Assembly (NCBI GenBank): GCA_013152275.1
Contig: JAADGS010000018.1
Coordinates: forward strand, 11,896 to 75,895
DNA: 64,000 bases
Origin: Actinomycetota bacterium
GTDB lineage: Bacteria; Actinomycetota; Acidimicrobiia; Spongiisociales; UBA4744
Direction: 5' to 3'
Below are positions 47,282 to 59,130 of the stretch, piece after piece (positions within the stretch are counted from its first letter, which is position 1; the number at the start of each line of letters is the position of its first letter). The translations under genes and the position numbers were made by a program. Below the pieces are notes generated by a model. It was not told the origin of the DNA, did no database searches, and saw only the letters and a program-made list of their open reading frames with translations.

Positions 47282-48407
47282 TTTTGAGTCTTCGCACCGC
47301 TTCGGTGATGTCCGCCGTCGACTCCGCGTAGGAGAACCGCACAAACCGGTTCCCCTTTGCCGGGTCGAAGTCGATTCCCGGCGTGGCCGCCACGCCGGTC
47401 TTCTCCAGCCACGTGCGGCAGAGCTCCTGGCTGTCGTCGGTGATGTGCGAGACGTCGGCGTAGATGTAGAAGGCGCCTTCGGCGGGGGCGAGTCGTGTGA
47501 TCCCGCATGCGGCGAGACCTTCGATGAGGATCCGGCGGTTCGCCGCGTAGCGGGCGACGTTGGCGTCGAGCTCCGCCGTGGAGTCGAACGCGGCCACCGC
47601 CGCGACCTGGGAGAGCGCCGGAGCGGAGATGAACAGGTTCTGGGCGAGTCGCTCCACGGGACGAACGAGGCCGTCGGGCAGGATCAGCCACCCGAGGCGC
47701 CATCCCGTCATCGAGTAGTACTTGGAGAAGCTCTGCACGATGACGGCCGATTCGGAGTGTGCGGCGGCCGTCGGTGCCGCCGGTCCGTACGTGATTCCGT
47801 GGTAGATCTCGTCCGACAGCATGCGGATGCCTCGTTCCTCCGCATAGGCGGCGAGGGTTCGCATCTCTGCGGTCGTGAGGATCGTTCCGGTCGGGTTCGC
47901 GGGGCTGGCGACCACGAGACCGTCGAGGGGCCCTACGGCGTCGAGCAGTCTCGGTGTCGGATTGAACCTCGTATCGGGACCGACCGGGATCGGCACGACC
48001 GCGACGTCCAACGCTTCGAGGATGTTGCGGTACGCCCCATAGCCGGGTTCGGTGATCGCCACCCGATCTCCGGCGTCGAACGCGGCGAGCGTTGCGAGCA
48101 CGAACCCTCCTGACGCTCCGACCGTCACCGCGACACGTTCGGCCGGCACATCGACGCCGTACGTCTCCCTGTAGTGGGTCGCGATCCGGTCGCGAAGCTC
48201 CGGGATGCCGGTGGCATTCGTGTAGCCGAGCCGTTCGGTCTCCAGCGCCTTCGCGGCGGTCTCGCGCACCCGGGTCGGTGCGGGCGTCGATGGCTGGCCG
48301 ACTTCGAGGTGGAGCACGTCGCCGGTGGTCCGTTCCCGCTCTGCGGCGGCTTTCATCACCTCCATCACGTAGAACGGAGCGACTTCGGATCGGCGGGAGG
48401 CTTTCAC
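47268..48407 (-). CDS. PLP-dependent aminotransferase, class I/II (aspartate/aromatic aminotransferase-like)
   Basis: SFSKYYSMTGWRLGW (PLP-lysine motif), NPTG, class I fold. Confidence 0.85.
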   Translation of the reverse strand: MKASRRSEVAPFYVMEVMKAAAERERTTGDVLHLEVGQPSTPAPTRVRETAAKALETERLGYTNATGIPELRDRIATHYRETYGVDVPAERVAVTVGASGGFVLATLAAFDAGDRVAITEPGYGAYRNILEALDVAVVPIPVGPDTRFNPTPRLLDAVGPLDGLVVASPANPTGTILTTAEMRTLAAYAEERGIRMLSDEIYHGITYGPAAPTAAAHSESAVIVQSFSKYYSMTGWRLGWLILPDGLVRPVERLAQNLFISAPALSQVAAVAAFDSTAELDANVARYAANRRILIEGLAACGITRLAPAEGAFYIYADVSHITDDSQELCRTWLEKTGVAATPGIDFDPAKGNRFVRFSYAESTADITEAVRRLKTLFS

Positions 48408-48508
48408 ACGTCGGAGGGTAGCTCACACGCCGGTGACACTCGTGTGGGCGCGACCACGTGACTCGTGGTCGGCGTGGCGACCGCTCCGGCGTCGGTTCGG
48501 GTCTGTGG

Positions 48509-49708
48509 TCAAGCCCCGTATCTGCGAGGATCGGTCAGCTCGCCGTCGACGGCGAGCGTGCGTTCGAACCCATCGATGCCCGACAGCGTGCCTGTGACGA
48601 TCACCGCGTCCCCGGGTTGGAAGCGCGCTGCCGCGGCCGACGCCACGATCACCTTGACGGTCAGTGGCCCGAACAGATCGGTGTCGATGGACCCGACGTC
48701 GACCGTCACACCTGATTCCGACCGCCCGGCCACGGTGCCGTTCCAGCGGATCTGCCGTCCGGCGTACCGTTCTTCGAATATCGCCGCCATCTGAAAGCTG
48801 AGCAGATGACCTCCGAAGAGCACATCGGCGACATCGAGCGGTTTGGGTCCGACCGGCGGGGTGTCGGGTGTGGGCTCGGGGACGGTGTCGCTTGGTTCGG
48901 CCGGTGGGGAGATCGTCACGAACTCGCCCGTCTCCGAGTCGAGTATCTCTTCGGAAGTGACCACTTCGGCCGGTGGGGAGATCGTCACGAACTCGCCCGT
49001 CTCCGAATCGAGTATCTCCTCGGAAGAGACCACTTCGGCCGGCGGCTCCTCGGCAAGAAGCTCCAGCCCGTCCCACGGCTGGAACAGGTCCGGTGCCGGC
49101 GGAGTCGAGTCGTCGTAGCTGGAGCCGACTCTGTTCGTTGGCATGTGCTCGCGTTGTGCGAGGACCGTTCCCGTGGCGAGGAGAAGGCGCGCGGTCTTCA
49201 CGATCCTGTCGAGCTTGCGTTCGAAGATCCTGCGCTCGAACACGATGGTGTCATCGGTGATCTTCGCCGCCGGGAGTGTGACCAGGAGTTCGCGCACCGC
49301 CTGGCGCATCGGAGGGGTAAACACGGTCGCCAGTCGCTCCGGGTCGCTGGTCTTGACCGTGAACACCTCGTCGAACGCCTCGTCTCCCGTCTCTGCGTCC
49401 TGGGCTCCCAGGAACTCCGAGACCTTCGAGAGCCCGGTCTTGCGGGTCACCTGCAGGCCTACGCCGAGCGACGGGTACCGAACGCGATACCTCGTCGATT
49501 TCGTGTTGCCGGATGAGCGCACCTCGATCGTGAGGCCAAGTCCTTCGACCTCACCTTCGATCCTCGGAGGGGCCATGGCACTCTTCTTCTGATAGGCGAC
49601 GCCGAGCAGGCGAGCCGCCCCTCGCCACGTCGCGGTGACCTGCCTGTTCGAGACCAGAGACAGGATGCCGATGCCGATTGCGATGGCGATGATGAGAGGG
49701 AAGTCCAT
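48509..49708 (-). CDS. hypothetical membrane-anchored protein with 23-aa tandem duplication
   Basis: N-terminal TM helix. Internal repeat SPPAEVV[ST]SEEILDSETGEFVTI x2, encoded by two 69-bp DNA copies with 3 mismatches. No recognised domain. Confidence 0.6.
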   Translation of the reverse strand: MDFPLIIAIAIGIGILSLVSNRQVTATWRGAARLLGVAYQKKSAMAPPRIEGEVEGLGLTIEVRSSGNTKSTRYRVRYPSLGVGLQVTRKTGLSKVSEFLGAQDAETGDEAFDEVFTVKTSDPERLATVFTPPMRQAVRELLVTLPAAKITDDTIVFERRIFERKLDRIVKTARLLLATGTVLAQREHMPTNRVGSSYDDSTPPAPDLFQPWDGLELLAEEPPAEVVSSEEILDSETGEFVTISPPAEVVTSEEILDSETGEFVTISPPAEPSDTVPEPTPDTPPVGPKPLDVADVLFGGHLLSFQMAAIFEERYAGRQIRWNGTVAGRSESGVTVDVGSIDTDLFGPLTVKVIVASAAAARFQPGDAVIVTGTLSGIDGFERTLAVDGELTDPRRYGA

Positions 49709-49789
49709 ACAGGTCAGTGTACGGGGTCATCACCCGACCTTTGCGTGAGGATGTTTCAGGAGACCGGCACCGAACTCCGGTACCGGGCC

Positions 49790-50809
49790 CTACGAGCGTG
49801 CCTGCTCGACCTGGGCCAGCAGGTAGTCGCCGAGGCCGGCCAGCACATTCCTGGAGGGGATGGGTGCAAGATCGGCGGCGATCGAGGCTGCCGCCAGGGA
49901 TCTCGTGCGCGCCTCGTCGAGCACCTGATCGACGAAACCGCCGGCCCGGACGATGCGGATGACTTCGTTGATCGTTCCGGCCGCGTACGGGCGATCGGCC
50001 AAGAGCTCTCGGATGTGGGGTCCGTCGGCTCCTTCGAGCGCGTAGAGCAGGGGCAGCGTGAACTTGCCTTCGCCGATGTCCGACCCCGCCGGCTTTCCGA
50101 GGAACTCGTCGGTGGCGACCAGATCGAGCGCATCGTCGGTGATCTGGAAGATGATGCCCAGCTCCCGTGCCCACGCACTCAGCGCCTCGACCGTGGCGGG
50201 TGTCGCGTCGGCTGCCATCGCCCCCACGCGGGCCGACGCCCGGATCAGCGATGCCGTCTTCATCTCCACGACCCGGTAGTACTCGTCCGGTCCATGATCG
50301 AGATCGAAGTCCAACTGCAGCTCCAACGTCTGCCCCTCGACGAGTTCCGCATAGGTGCGGGAGAGAAGTCGAACGGCGTCGCGCCCGAGCGAGTCCGCAG
50401 CGAGCTCCGTCGCGCGGGCCATGAGGAAATCGCCGGCAAGGATCGCGACCGTGTTCCCCCAGTTGGTGTTCACAGAGCCCGTTCCCCGACGGGTCTCCGC
50501 CTCGTCGATGACATCGTCGTGGTAGAGGCTGCCAACGTGGATGAACTCGACGGCGACGCCCGCGTCGACGACACGATCGTCGATCGATCGCCCGAACTCA
50601 CCTGCGATCTGCGCGAGGAGGGGGCGGAAGCGTTTCCCGCCGGCGAGCAGGAGGTGTTGCGCGATGTCGGTGAGGAACTCGTAGCTCGACATCGACACTT
50701 CGGCCAAGCGCGTCTCGACACGCCGCATGCGGTCCCAGACGGCAGGAATCGGGACCAGGTTCTCGAGTTTTGGTGTGTCCACTCGGGTTCTCCGTCGTTG
50801 AGCCAGCAT
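49790..50809 (-). CDS. polyprenyl diphosphate synthase (trans-IPPS)
   Basis: FARM LYHDDVIDEA and SARM FQITDDALD motifs. Start is uncertain (50809 vs 50851). Confidence 0.85.
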   Translation of the reverse strand: MLAQRRRTRVDTPKLENLVPIPAVWDRMRRVETRLAEVSMSSYEFLTDIAQHLLLAGGKRFRPLLAQIAGEFGRSIDDRVVDAGVAVEFIHVGSLYHDDVIDEAETRRGTGSVNTNWGNTVAILAGDFLMARATELAADSLGRDAVRLLSRTYAELVEGQTLELQLDFDLDHGPDEYYRVVEMKTASLIRASARVGAMAADATPATVEALSAWARELGIIFQITDDALDLVATDEFLGKPAGSDIGEGKFTLPLLYALEGADGPHIRELLADRPYAAGTINEVIRIVRAGGFVDQVLDEARTRSLAAASIAADLAPIPSRNVLAGLGDYLLAQVEQARS

Positions 50810-51037
50810 GGTAGCGATCGCTGGGAAGGGGACCGACGCCGGGCATTGCACGACACGATCGAACCGTTCGCTTCCAGAATACGGCTCAGTTGGAATGGCT
50901 ATCGTGTCGATGAGCCCTATAGCGGGTGCAGGTGCGTGTGACGAGGTACCCTGCGGTCGAGTTAGAAAGGGCCATCGCTATACTCTGAAGTTGCCTCCCC
51001 CATCTGTTTGGGGGTAAGGAATAGGAGGCACAAGGCC

Positions 51038-53530
<2,493 letters not shown>

Positions 53531-53550
53531 GCCCGGCGGCCACCGGGTCG

Positions 53551-53687
53551 GTATTTCGTACTTCGTACTTCGTACCGGGCAGCCCTCGGATCGTCCACGG
53601 TTTGCACGTAGCGCGGCGCCGCGACGCTCGCCGCACGGTGTTGGGTCGACATGAGGCCGCGATGCCGAATACCAGGTACCAGGTACC
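53551..53687. repeat. Heptad/CGCTCGCC modular intergenic element (downstream of clpC1, upstream of BMP gene)
   Basis: GTATTTCG TACTTCG TACTTCG TACC ... GCGACGCTCGCCGCACGG ... CCGAATACCAGGTACCAGGTACC. Confidence 0.7.
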
Positions 53688-53815
53688 TCCCACTGCGAGC
53701 CTCTCCGGAGGCCGTCTGATCGGCCGTCCCGCTTCTTCGCTTGCGCCGGGAGTGGCTACACTCATTCGTAATTCTGGGCCCTATGGCCCCACTACCCACT
53801 ACTCAGGAGGGCGTG

Positions 53816-54904
53816 TTGAAGATTCGAAATAGAGCGCTGTTGGTGCTCGTGGTATTTGCGCTCATTGCTGCGGCATGTTCCGGCACGGCGGAGACCACGA
53901 CAACGGCAGCACCCGGAACGACGGCGGCACCTGCGACGACGACTACGGCCGCACCGCTGCCCGGCGCGGGGATCACGGTCGGCATGGCCTACGACATCGG
54001 TGGACGCGGCGACAAGTCGTTCAACGATGCGGCCGCCCGCGGTCTGGACAAGGCCAAGGCCGATTTCGGCATTGATACTCAGGAGCTCGAGCCGACGTCA
54101 GGCGGCGAGAACCGTGAAGAGAACCTCCGGTTGCTGTCCGAGGCCGGTGACCCGCTCGTGTTCGCCATAGGGTTCGCCTTTGCCGACGGGGTTACCGCCA
54201 CCGCCGCGGACTACCCGAACATCCAGTACGCGATCGTCGACTCGGTCGTCGATGCGCCGAATGTTGCTTCGCTCGTATTTGCAGAAGAGCAGGGCTCGTT
54301 CCTGGTCGGCGCCGCTGCCGCGCTCAAGTCCAAGACCGGCAAGATCGGCTTCATCGGTGGTGTCGAGGTCGACCTCATCAAGAAGTTCGAAGCCGGTTAC
54401 ATTGCCGGAGCCAAGGCGGTGAATCCTGACATCGATGTCATGACTCAGTACCTGACGCAGCCGCCGGACTTCAGTGGGTTCGGCGATCCTGCCAAGGGCA
54501 AGGAAGCCGCGCTGGCGATGTACCAGCAGGGCGCGGACGTCGTGTACCACGCAGCGGGTGGTTCCGGTGGCGGCGTTTTTGAGGCCGCGAGGGAGTACTC
54601 CGAATCGAACGACACGCATGTGTGGGCGATCGGTGTCGACTCTGACCAGTACCTCGGTGTCGGTGCCGAACTCCAGCCGTACATTCTCACGTCGATGCTC
54701 AAGCGTGTGGACACGGCCGTGTACGACACGGTGCAGGATTTCGTCAATGGAACCTTCACCGCCGGCGTCCACGTCTTCAACCTTGCAGACGACGGCGTCG
54801 GATATGCCACCTCCGGTGGTTTCATCGATGACATCGTGCCGCAACTCGAGGACTTCAAAGCGAAGATCATTTCGGGCGAAATCACCGTTCCGACCACCCC
54901 GTAA
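53816..54904 (+). CDS. BMP-family (PnrA-like) ABC transporter substrate-binding lipoprotein
   Basis: Lipobox IAAACSG, Thr/Ala linker, BMP/nucleoside-binding fold. AGGAGG SD. GTG 53813 or TTG 53816 start. Confidence 0.8.
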   Translation: MKIRNRALLVLVVFALIAAACSGTAETTTTAAPGTTAAPATTTTAAPLPGAGITVGMAYDIGGRGDKSFNDAAARGLDKAKADFGIDTQELEPTSGGENREENLRLLSEAGDPLVFAIGFAFADGVTATAADYPNIQYAIVDSVVDAPNVASLVFAEEQGSFLVGAAAALKSKTGKIGFIGGVEVDLIKKFEAGYIAGAKAVNPDIDVMTQYLTQPPDFSGFGDPAKGKEAALAMYQQGADVVYHAAGGSGGGVFEAAREYSESNDTHVWAIGVDSDQYLGVGAELQPYILTSMLKRVDTAVYDTVQDFVNGTFTAGVHVFNLADDGVGYATSGGFIDDIVPQLEDFKAKIISGEITVPTTP

Positions 54905-54931
54905 CCCTCGATCCACCAAGTGGAGCCGAGA

Positions 54932-54963
54932 GGTCCGAGGCGCTAGCCTCGGACCTCTCTTCG
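54932..54963 (+). terminator. Hairpin after BMP SBP gene (GAGAGGTCCGAGGC-GCTA-GCCTCGGACCTCTC)
   Basis: Perfect 14-bp stem with a 4-nt loop, followed by TTCGCG. Confidence 0.5.
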
Positions 54964-54976
54964 CGAACGGACGACA

Positions 54977-56512
54977 GTGGCAGGATCACAGGGCGGCGCC
55001 CCGGCGGTGGAACTGCGGGGCATCACGAAACGATTCCCCGGCGTCGTCGCGAATGATCAGGTGAATCTGCAGGTCATGCCGGCCGAAGTCCACGCCGTCG
55101 TGGGTGAGAACGGAGCCGGCAAGTCGACGTTGATGAAGATCCTCTACGGGATGCAGGCCCCCGACGAGGGCCAGATCTTCGTGGGGGGCGACGAGGTTCG
55201 TTTTCGCAGTCCGAAAGACGCGATCAAGGCCGGCATCGGCATGGTCCACCAACATTTCATGCTCGCCGACCAGCTCACGGTGCTCGAGAACATCGTGCTG
55301 GGCGCCGAGCCGCGCTCCGGGCTGGAGATCGACTTCAAGGGTGCGAAGGCCAGGCTCGAGGAGCACTCGAGCGCGTACGGTCTCACCGTGGACCCGGACG
55401 TGCTCGTCGAGGAGCTTTCGGTCGGTGAGCGCCAGCGGGTCGAGATCCTCAAGGTCCTCTTCCGCGGGGCCCGGATCCTGATTCTCGACGAGCCGACTGC
55501 GGTCCTCGTGCCGCAGGAGGTCGACGAACTCTTCGAGTCCATGCGAGACCTGACCCGCGAAGGCGTCACGATCATCTTTATCTCACACAAGCTCGATGAA
55601 GTGCTCACGATTGCAGATGCCATCACCGTCATCCGTCACGGGAAGACGATCGACACGGTCCTGCCGAGCGACGTGGACGCCCGTCGGCTCGCAGAGATGA
55701 TGGTCGGCAGTGAGCTCCCGACGCCGGAGACGCGCGAATCCACCATTCAGGAGAAGGTTCTCCTGAGGGTCGAGGGCCTGACGGTTCGGTCCGAAGAGAC
55801 CGACAGGGTGATCCTCGAAGACGTGTCGTTCACCATCCGCCAAGGCGAGATCGTCGGGGTCGCGGGAGTGGAGGGCAACGGTCAGGCCCCGCTCGTCGAA
55901 GCGTTGATGGGGATGCTCACTCTCGAACAGGGAACCGTCGAGCTGCTTGGTACCGACATCACGGGGTGGACCAACCTCCGACGGCGTGAGGCGGGGCTCG
56001 GTCTCATCCCCGAGGATCGGCAGCGCCAGGGGCTGCTGCTGTCGGAGCCGCTGTGGGAGAACGCCATGCTGGGGCATCAGACGGTCCCGCCGTTCAGTCG
56101 CGGGTTCTGGATCGATCGTGTGGGCGCCCGCAGGCGCACCGCCGAGATCATCTCGTCCTACGGTGTCAAGACTCCGGGAGTCGACGTTCCGGCCATGGCC
56201 CTGTCGGGTGGAAACCAGCAGAAGCTGATCGTCGGACGCGAGATGTTGGCGGAACCGGCCGTGCTGATCGCAGCACAGCCGACGCGCGGGATCGACGTCG
56301 GCGCCCAGGCGTCGGTCTGGGAGGAGCTGCGTCGCGCCCGTGCCGCGGGGCTGGCCGTGCTGTTGATCTCTGCCGATCTGGAAGAGCTCATCGGTCTTTC
56401 GGACACGCTGTATGTGATCTTGCGCGGACGACTGGTTGCACAGCTCGATCCGAAGACCGCGACGCCCGAGGAACTCGGGTCCTACATGACCGGTGTGAGG
56501 AGTGCGACATGA
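54977..56512 (+). CDS. ABC transporter ATP-binding protein, tandem NBDs (nucleoside/sugar type)
   Basis: Two ABC cassettes (GENGAGKST ... LSVGERQR ... ILDEPT; second GVEGNGQ ... LSGGNQQK). Confidence 0.9.
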   Translation: MAGSQGGAPAVELRGITKRFPGVVANDQVNLQVMPAEVHAVVGENGAGKSTLMKILYGMQAPDEGQIFVGGDEVRFRSPKDAIKAGIGMVHQHFMLADQLTVLENIVLGAEPRSGLEIDFKGAKARLEEHSSAYGLTVDPDVLVEELSVGERQRVEILKVLFRGARILILDEPTAVLVPQEVDELFESMRDLTREGVTIIFISHKLDEVLTIADAITVIRHGKTIDTVLPSDVDARRLAEMMVGSELPTPETRESTIQEKVLLRVEGLTVRSEETDRVILEDVSFTIRQGEIVGVAGVEGNGQAPLVEALMGMLTLEQGTVELLGTDITGWTNLRRREAGLGLIPEDRQRQGLLLSEPLWENAMLGHQTVPPFSRGFWIDRVGARRRTAEIISSYGVKTPGVDVPAMALSGGNQQKLIVGREMLAEPAVLIAAQPTRGIDVGAQASVWEELRRARAAGLAVLLISADLEELIGLSDTLYVILRGRLVAQLDPKTATPEELGSYMTGVRSAT

Positions 56513-57621
56513 AGGTGCGCCGAATGCTGATGAGTCTCCTGGCGCCGATCGGAGCACTGGCGTTCTCGTTCGTCGTCGCGTCCGCCGCCTTGCTGCTGGT
56601 GGGAGTCAACCCGTTCACGGCGTTCGCGGAGATGGGCAAGTTCGCCTGGAGTGAGGCGTCGCTGGTCTCCATCGCCAACCGGACGGTGCCGCTGTTCCTC
56701 TCCGGCCTGGCCGTCGCCATCGGGTTCAAGATGGGACTGTTCAACATCGGTGTGGAAGGCCAGTACCTTCTGGCGGCCGTGTTCGCCGCCTACTTCGGAG
56801 CACTTGTCAACCTGCCTCCGGTGCTGCACGTTCTCTTCATCATCTTGGTCGCGATGGTCGTCGGAGCCCTGTGGTCCGGCATCGCCGGCGTCTTGAAGGT
56901 CAAGCGGGGCGTTCATGAGGTGATCAGCACGATCATGCTCAATGTGATCGCGGTCGGGCTGGTTGCCTGGCTCCTGGCGAACTTCTTCCGAAAGGTCGAT
57001 CCGGGGGACCTGAACATCAAGACGGCAGAGCTGCCGCACAGCGCCTGGTTCCCGTCGTTGAATCCTCTGATGAGCGCCATCGGATTGAAACCGCCTCCCG
57101 GTCCCTCCATGCAGGGCTTTCTGCTCGTCGCGATCGTTGTCGGGATCATCTACTACCTGCTCGTCTGGCGCAGCCGGTACGGATTCGAGCTGCGGTCTTC
57201 CGGCATCAACCCCGACGCGGCACGGATGAGCGGCGTCAATCCGGACCGGATGGTGGTCCAGACGATGCTCCTCTCCGGGGCGCTCGCCGGACTCGTCGGC
57301 ATCTCACCGCTCCTCGGCTTCTTTCACAGGTATACCCAGGATTTCTCGACGGGACTCGGGTTTACGGGCATCGCCGTCGCGTTGCTGGGAAGGAACCATC
57401 CGGTGGGTATTGCGTTCGGCGCGTTCCTCTTCGCTCTCATGGATCGTTCCGCGCTGATCCTCGATCTGAAGGGCATCCCGAGAGAGATCGTGACGATCAT
57501 CCAGGGGGTCGTCGTGCTCGCCGTCGTGATCGCCTACGAGATCGTCACGCGCATGACCCAGCGCCAAGAGGTCACCGCTGCAGCAGAGGCGGCGAAGGCG
57601 GACCTGGAGAAGGTGGCATGA
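56509..57621 (+). CDS. ABC transporter permease
   Basis: ATGA overlap. Multi-TM branched-chain/nucleoside permease family. Confidence 0.85.
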   Translation: MKVRRMLMSLLAPIGALAFSFVVASAALLLVGVNPFTAFAEMGKFAWSEASLVSIANRTVPLFLSGLAVAIGFKMGLFNIGVEGQYLLAAVFAAYFGALVNLPPVLHVLFIILVAMVVGALWSGIAGVLKVKRGVHEVISTIMLNVIAVGLVAWLLANFFRKVDPGDLNIKTAELPHSAWFPSLNPLMSAIGLKPPPGPSMQGFLLVAIVVGIIYYLLVWRSRYGFELRSSGINPDAARMSGVNPDRMVVQTMLLSGALAGLVGISPLLGFFHRYTQDFSTGLGFTGIAVALLGRNHPVGIAFGAFLFALMDRSALILDLKGIPREIVTIIQGVVVLAVVIAYEIVTRMTQRQEVTAAAEAAKADLEKVA

Positions 57622-58883
57622 AGATCTGGCAGCCGAAGACGAAGCTGGGACGCAGGCTGTGGGCCGCGACCCTGTGGGGGTCTTCGGGGATCCTCGTTCT
57701 CGCCGTCGTGCAATCCATCGCCGGTACGCAGGAGCTGACGTCACATGGAACGTTCGGTGCGGCACTTCGGATGGCGATGCCGATCATGCTTGCCGGTCTC
57801 GGTGCCGTGTACTCGGAACGATCCGGTGTCGTCAACATCGGTCTCGAAGGCATGATGATCATGGGCACCTGGTTCAGTGCGTGGGGCGCGTGGCAGTTCG
57901 GGAATCCCTGGTGGGGTGTCCTCTTCGGCATCCTCGGCGGGGCGATGGGCGGTCTGATCCACGCCATCGCGACCGTTACCTTCGCCGTCGACCATATCGT
58001 GTCGGGGGTGGCGATCAACATCCTGGCCGCAGGGGGCATGCGCTTCCTGTCGGCGGTGTCCTACGCGCCGGACAGCGGCGGTGGTGCCACCCAGTCGCCG
58101 CACGTGTCGGGGGTCGGGACGTTCAGTGTGCCCTTCCTGGCGGGCGGGAAACTCTTCGGTTGGAAGAGCCCCGACTTCTTCGGATGGCTCGAAGCGCATC
58201 ATTGGTTCTTCCTCTCGGACATGGGAGGGTTGCTGCGCGGGTTGACCGGCGGTCTGTCCTGGTTGACGGTGCTGGCTCTGCTTCTCGTCCCCGCAACGAT
58301 ATGGCTGTTGTGGAAGACACCGTGGGGTCTCCGGCTGCGTTCGTGCGGGGAGAATCCGTACTCTGCCGAGTCGCTGGGTGTGTCGGTGCTGAAGATGAAG
58401 TACTACGGCGTTGTCATTTCCGGAGCGATGGCCGGTCTGGGAGGCACGATGCTGGTCCTCGTGCAGGCCGGTATCTATCGGGAGGGCCAGACCGCAGGGC
58501 GAGGCTACATCGGTCTCGCCGCGCTGATCTTCGGAAACTGGAACCCTGCGGGAGCGCTGGCCGGCGCGTCACTGTTCGGATTCGCCGACGCCCTCCGGCT
58601 GCGATCCGAAGAGGCCGTGCACGCGCTCTTGTTGTTCATCGCCGTGCTGCTCGCGGTGCTGTTGTTCTGGATGCTCTACCGGCGTAGCTGGATCCCGGCG
58701 GCAGCGACGGGGTTCTTCGCCGTGGTGTTCCTCATCCTGTATCTCACGGTCCCTGTCGTCCCCACACAGTTCATCGCCTTCACGCCGCACCTCACGACGC
58801 TGTTGGTGCTGGGGCTTGCCACGCAGCGGCTTCGCATGCCCGCGGCCGATGGCCTGCGATACCGGAAAGGGGAAGCGGTCTAG
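57618..58883 (+). CDS. ABC transporter permease (second)
   Basis: ATGA overlap. Multi-TM. Confidence 0.85.
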   Translation: MKIWQPKTKLGRRLWAATLWGSSGILVLAVVQSIAGTQELTSHGTFGAALRMAMPIMLAGLGAVYSERSGVVNIGLEGMMIMGTWFSAWGAWQFGNPWWGVLFGILGGAMGGLIHAIATVTFAVDHIVSGVAINILAAGGMRFLSAVSYAPDSGGGATQSPHVSGVGTFSVPFLAGGKLFGWKSPDFFGWLEAHHWFFLSDMGGLLRGLTGGLSWLTVLALLLVPATIWLLWKTPWGLRLRSCGENPYSAESLGVSVLKMKYYGVVISGAMAGLGGTMLVLVQAGIYREGQTAGRGYIGLAALIFGNWNPAGALAGASLFGFADALRLRSEEAVHALLLFIAVLLAVLLFWMLYRRSWIPAAATGFFAVVFLILYLTVPVVPTQFIAFTPHLTTLLVLGLATQRLRMPAADGLRYRKGEAV

Positions 58884-58888
58884 CTTTT

Positions 58889-59000
58889 CTTGGTACCTCG
58901 TGCTTGGTGCTTGGTGCTTGGTGCTTGGTACTTGGTACTTGGTACTTGGTACTTGGTACTTGGTACTTGGTACTTGGTACTTGGTACTTGGTACTTGGTA
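58889..59000. repeat. 7-bp microsatellite (CTTGGTA/CTTGGTG) x ~16 uninterrupted
   Basis: CTTGGTA CCTCGTG (CTTGGTG)x3 (CTTGGTA)x11. Intergenic between convergent genes. Confidence 0.95.
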
Positions 59001-59010
59001 CCGGCAGAAG

Positions 59011-59070
59011 CCGCGACGCTCGCCCTACGGTCTTGGTGCCGGGCAGGTTGCGATACGAAATACGAAATAC
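59011..59070. repeat. CGCTCGCC-core + CGAAA heptad element adjacent to microsatellite
   Basis: CCGCGACGCTCGCCCTACGG ... GCGATACGAAATACGAAATAC. Confidence 0.75.
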
Positions 59071-59130
59071 TTTCTCGGCAACCGTCGAAGCGTTCCCGAC
59101 GGATGACCTCGTATCAACCGAGAACCGGGG

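Noticed and set aside
58889-59000. CRISPR array?
   Set aside because: Units are 7 bp with no spacers, and there are no cas genes. It is a microsatellite, not CRISPR.
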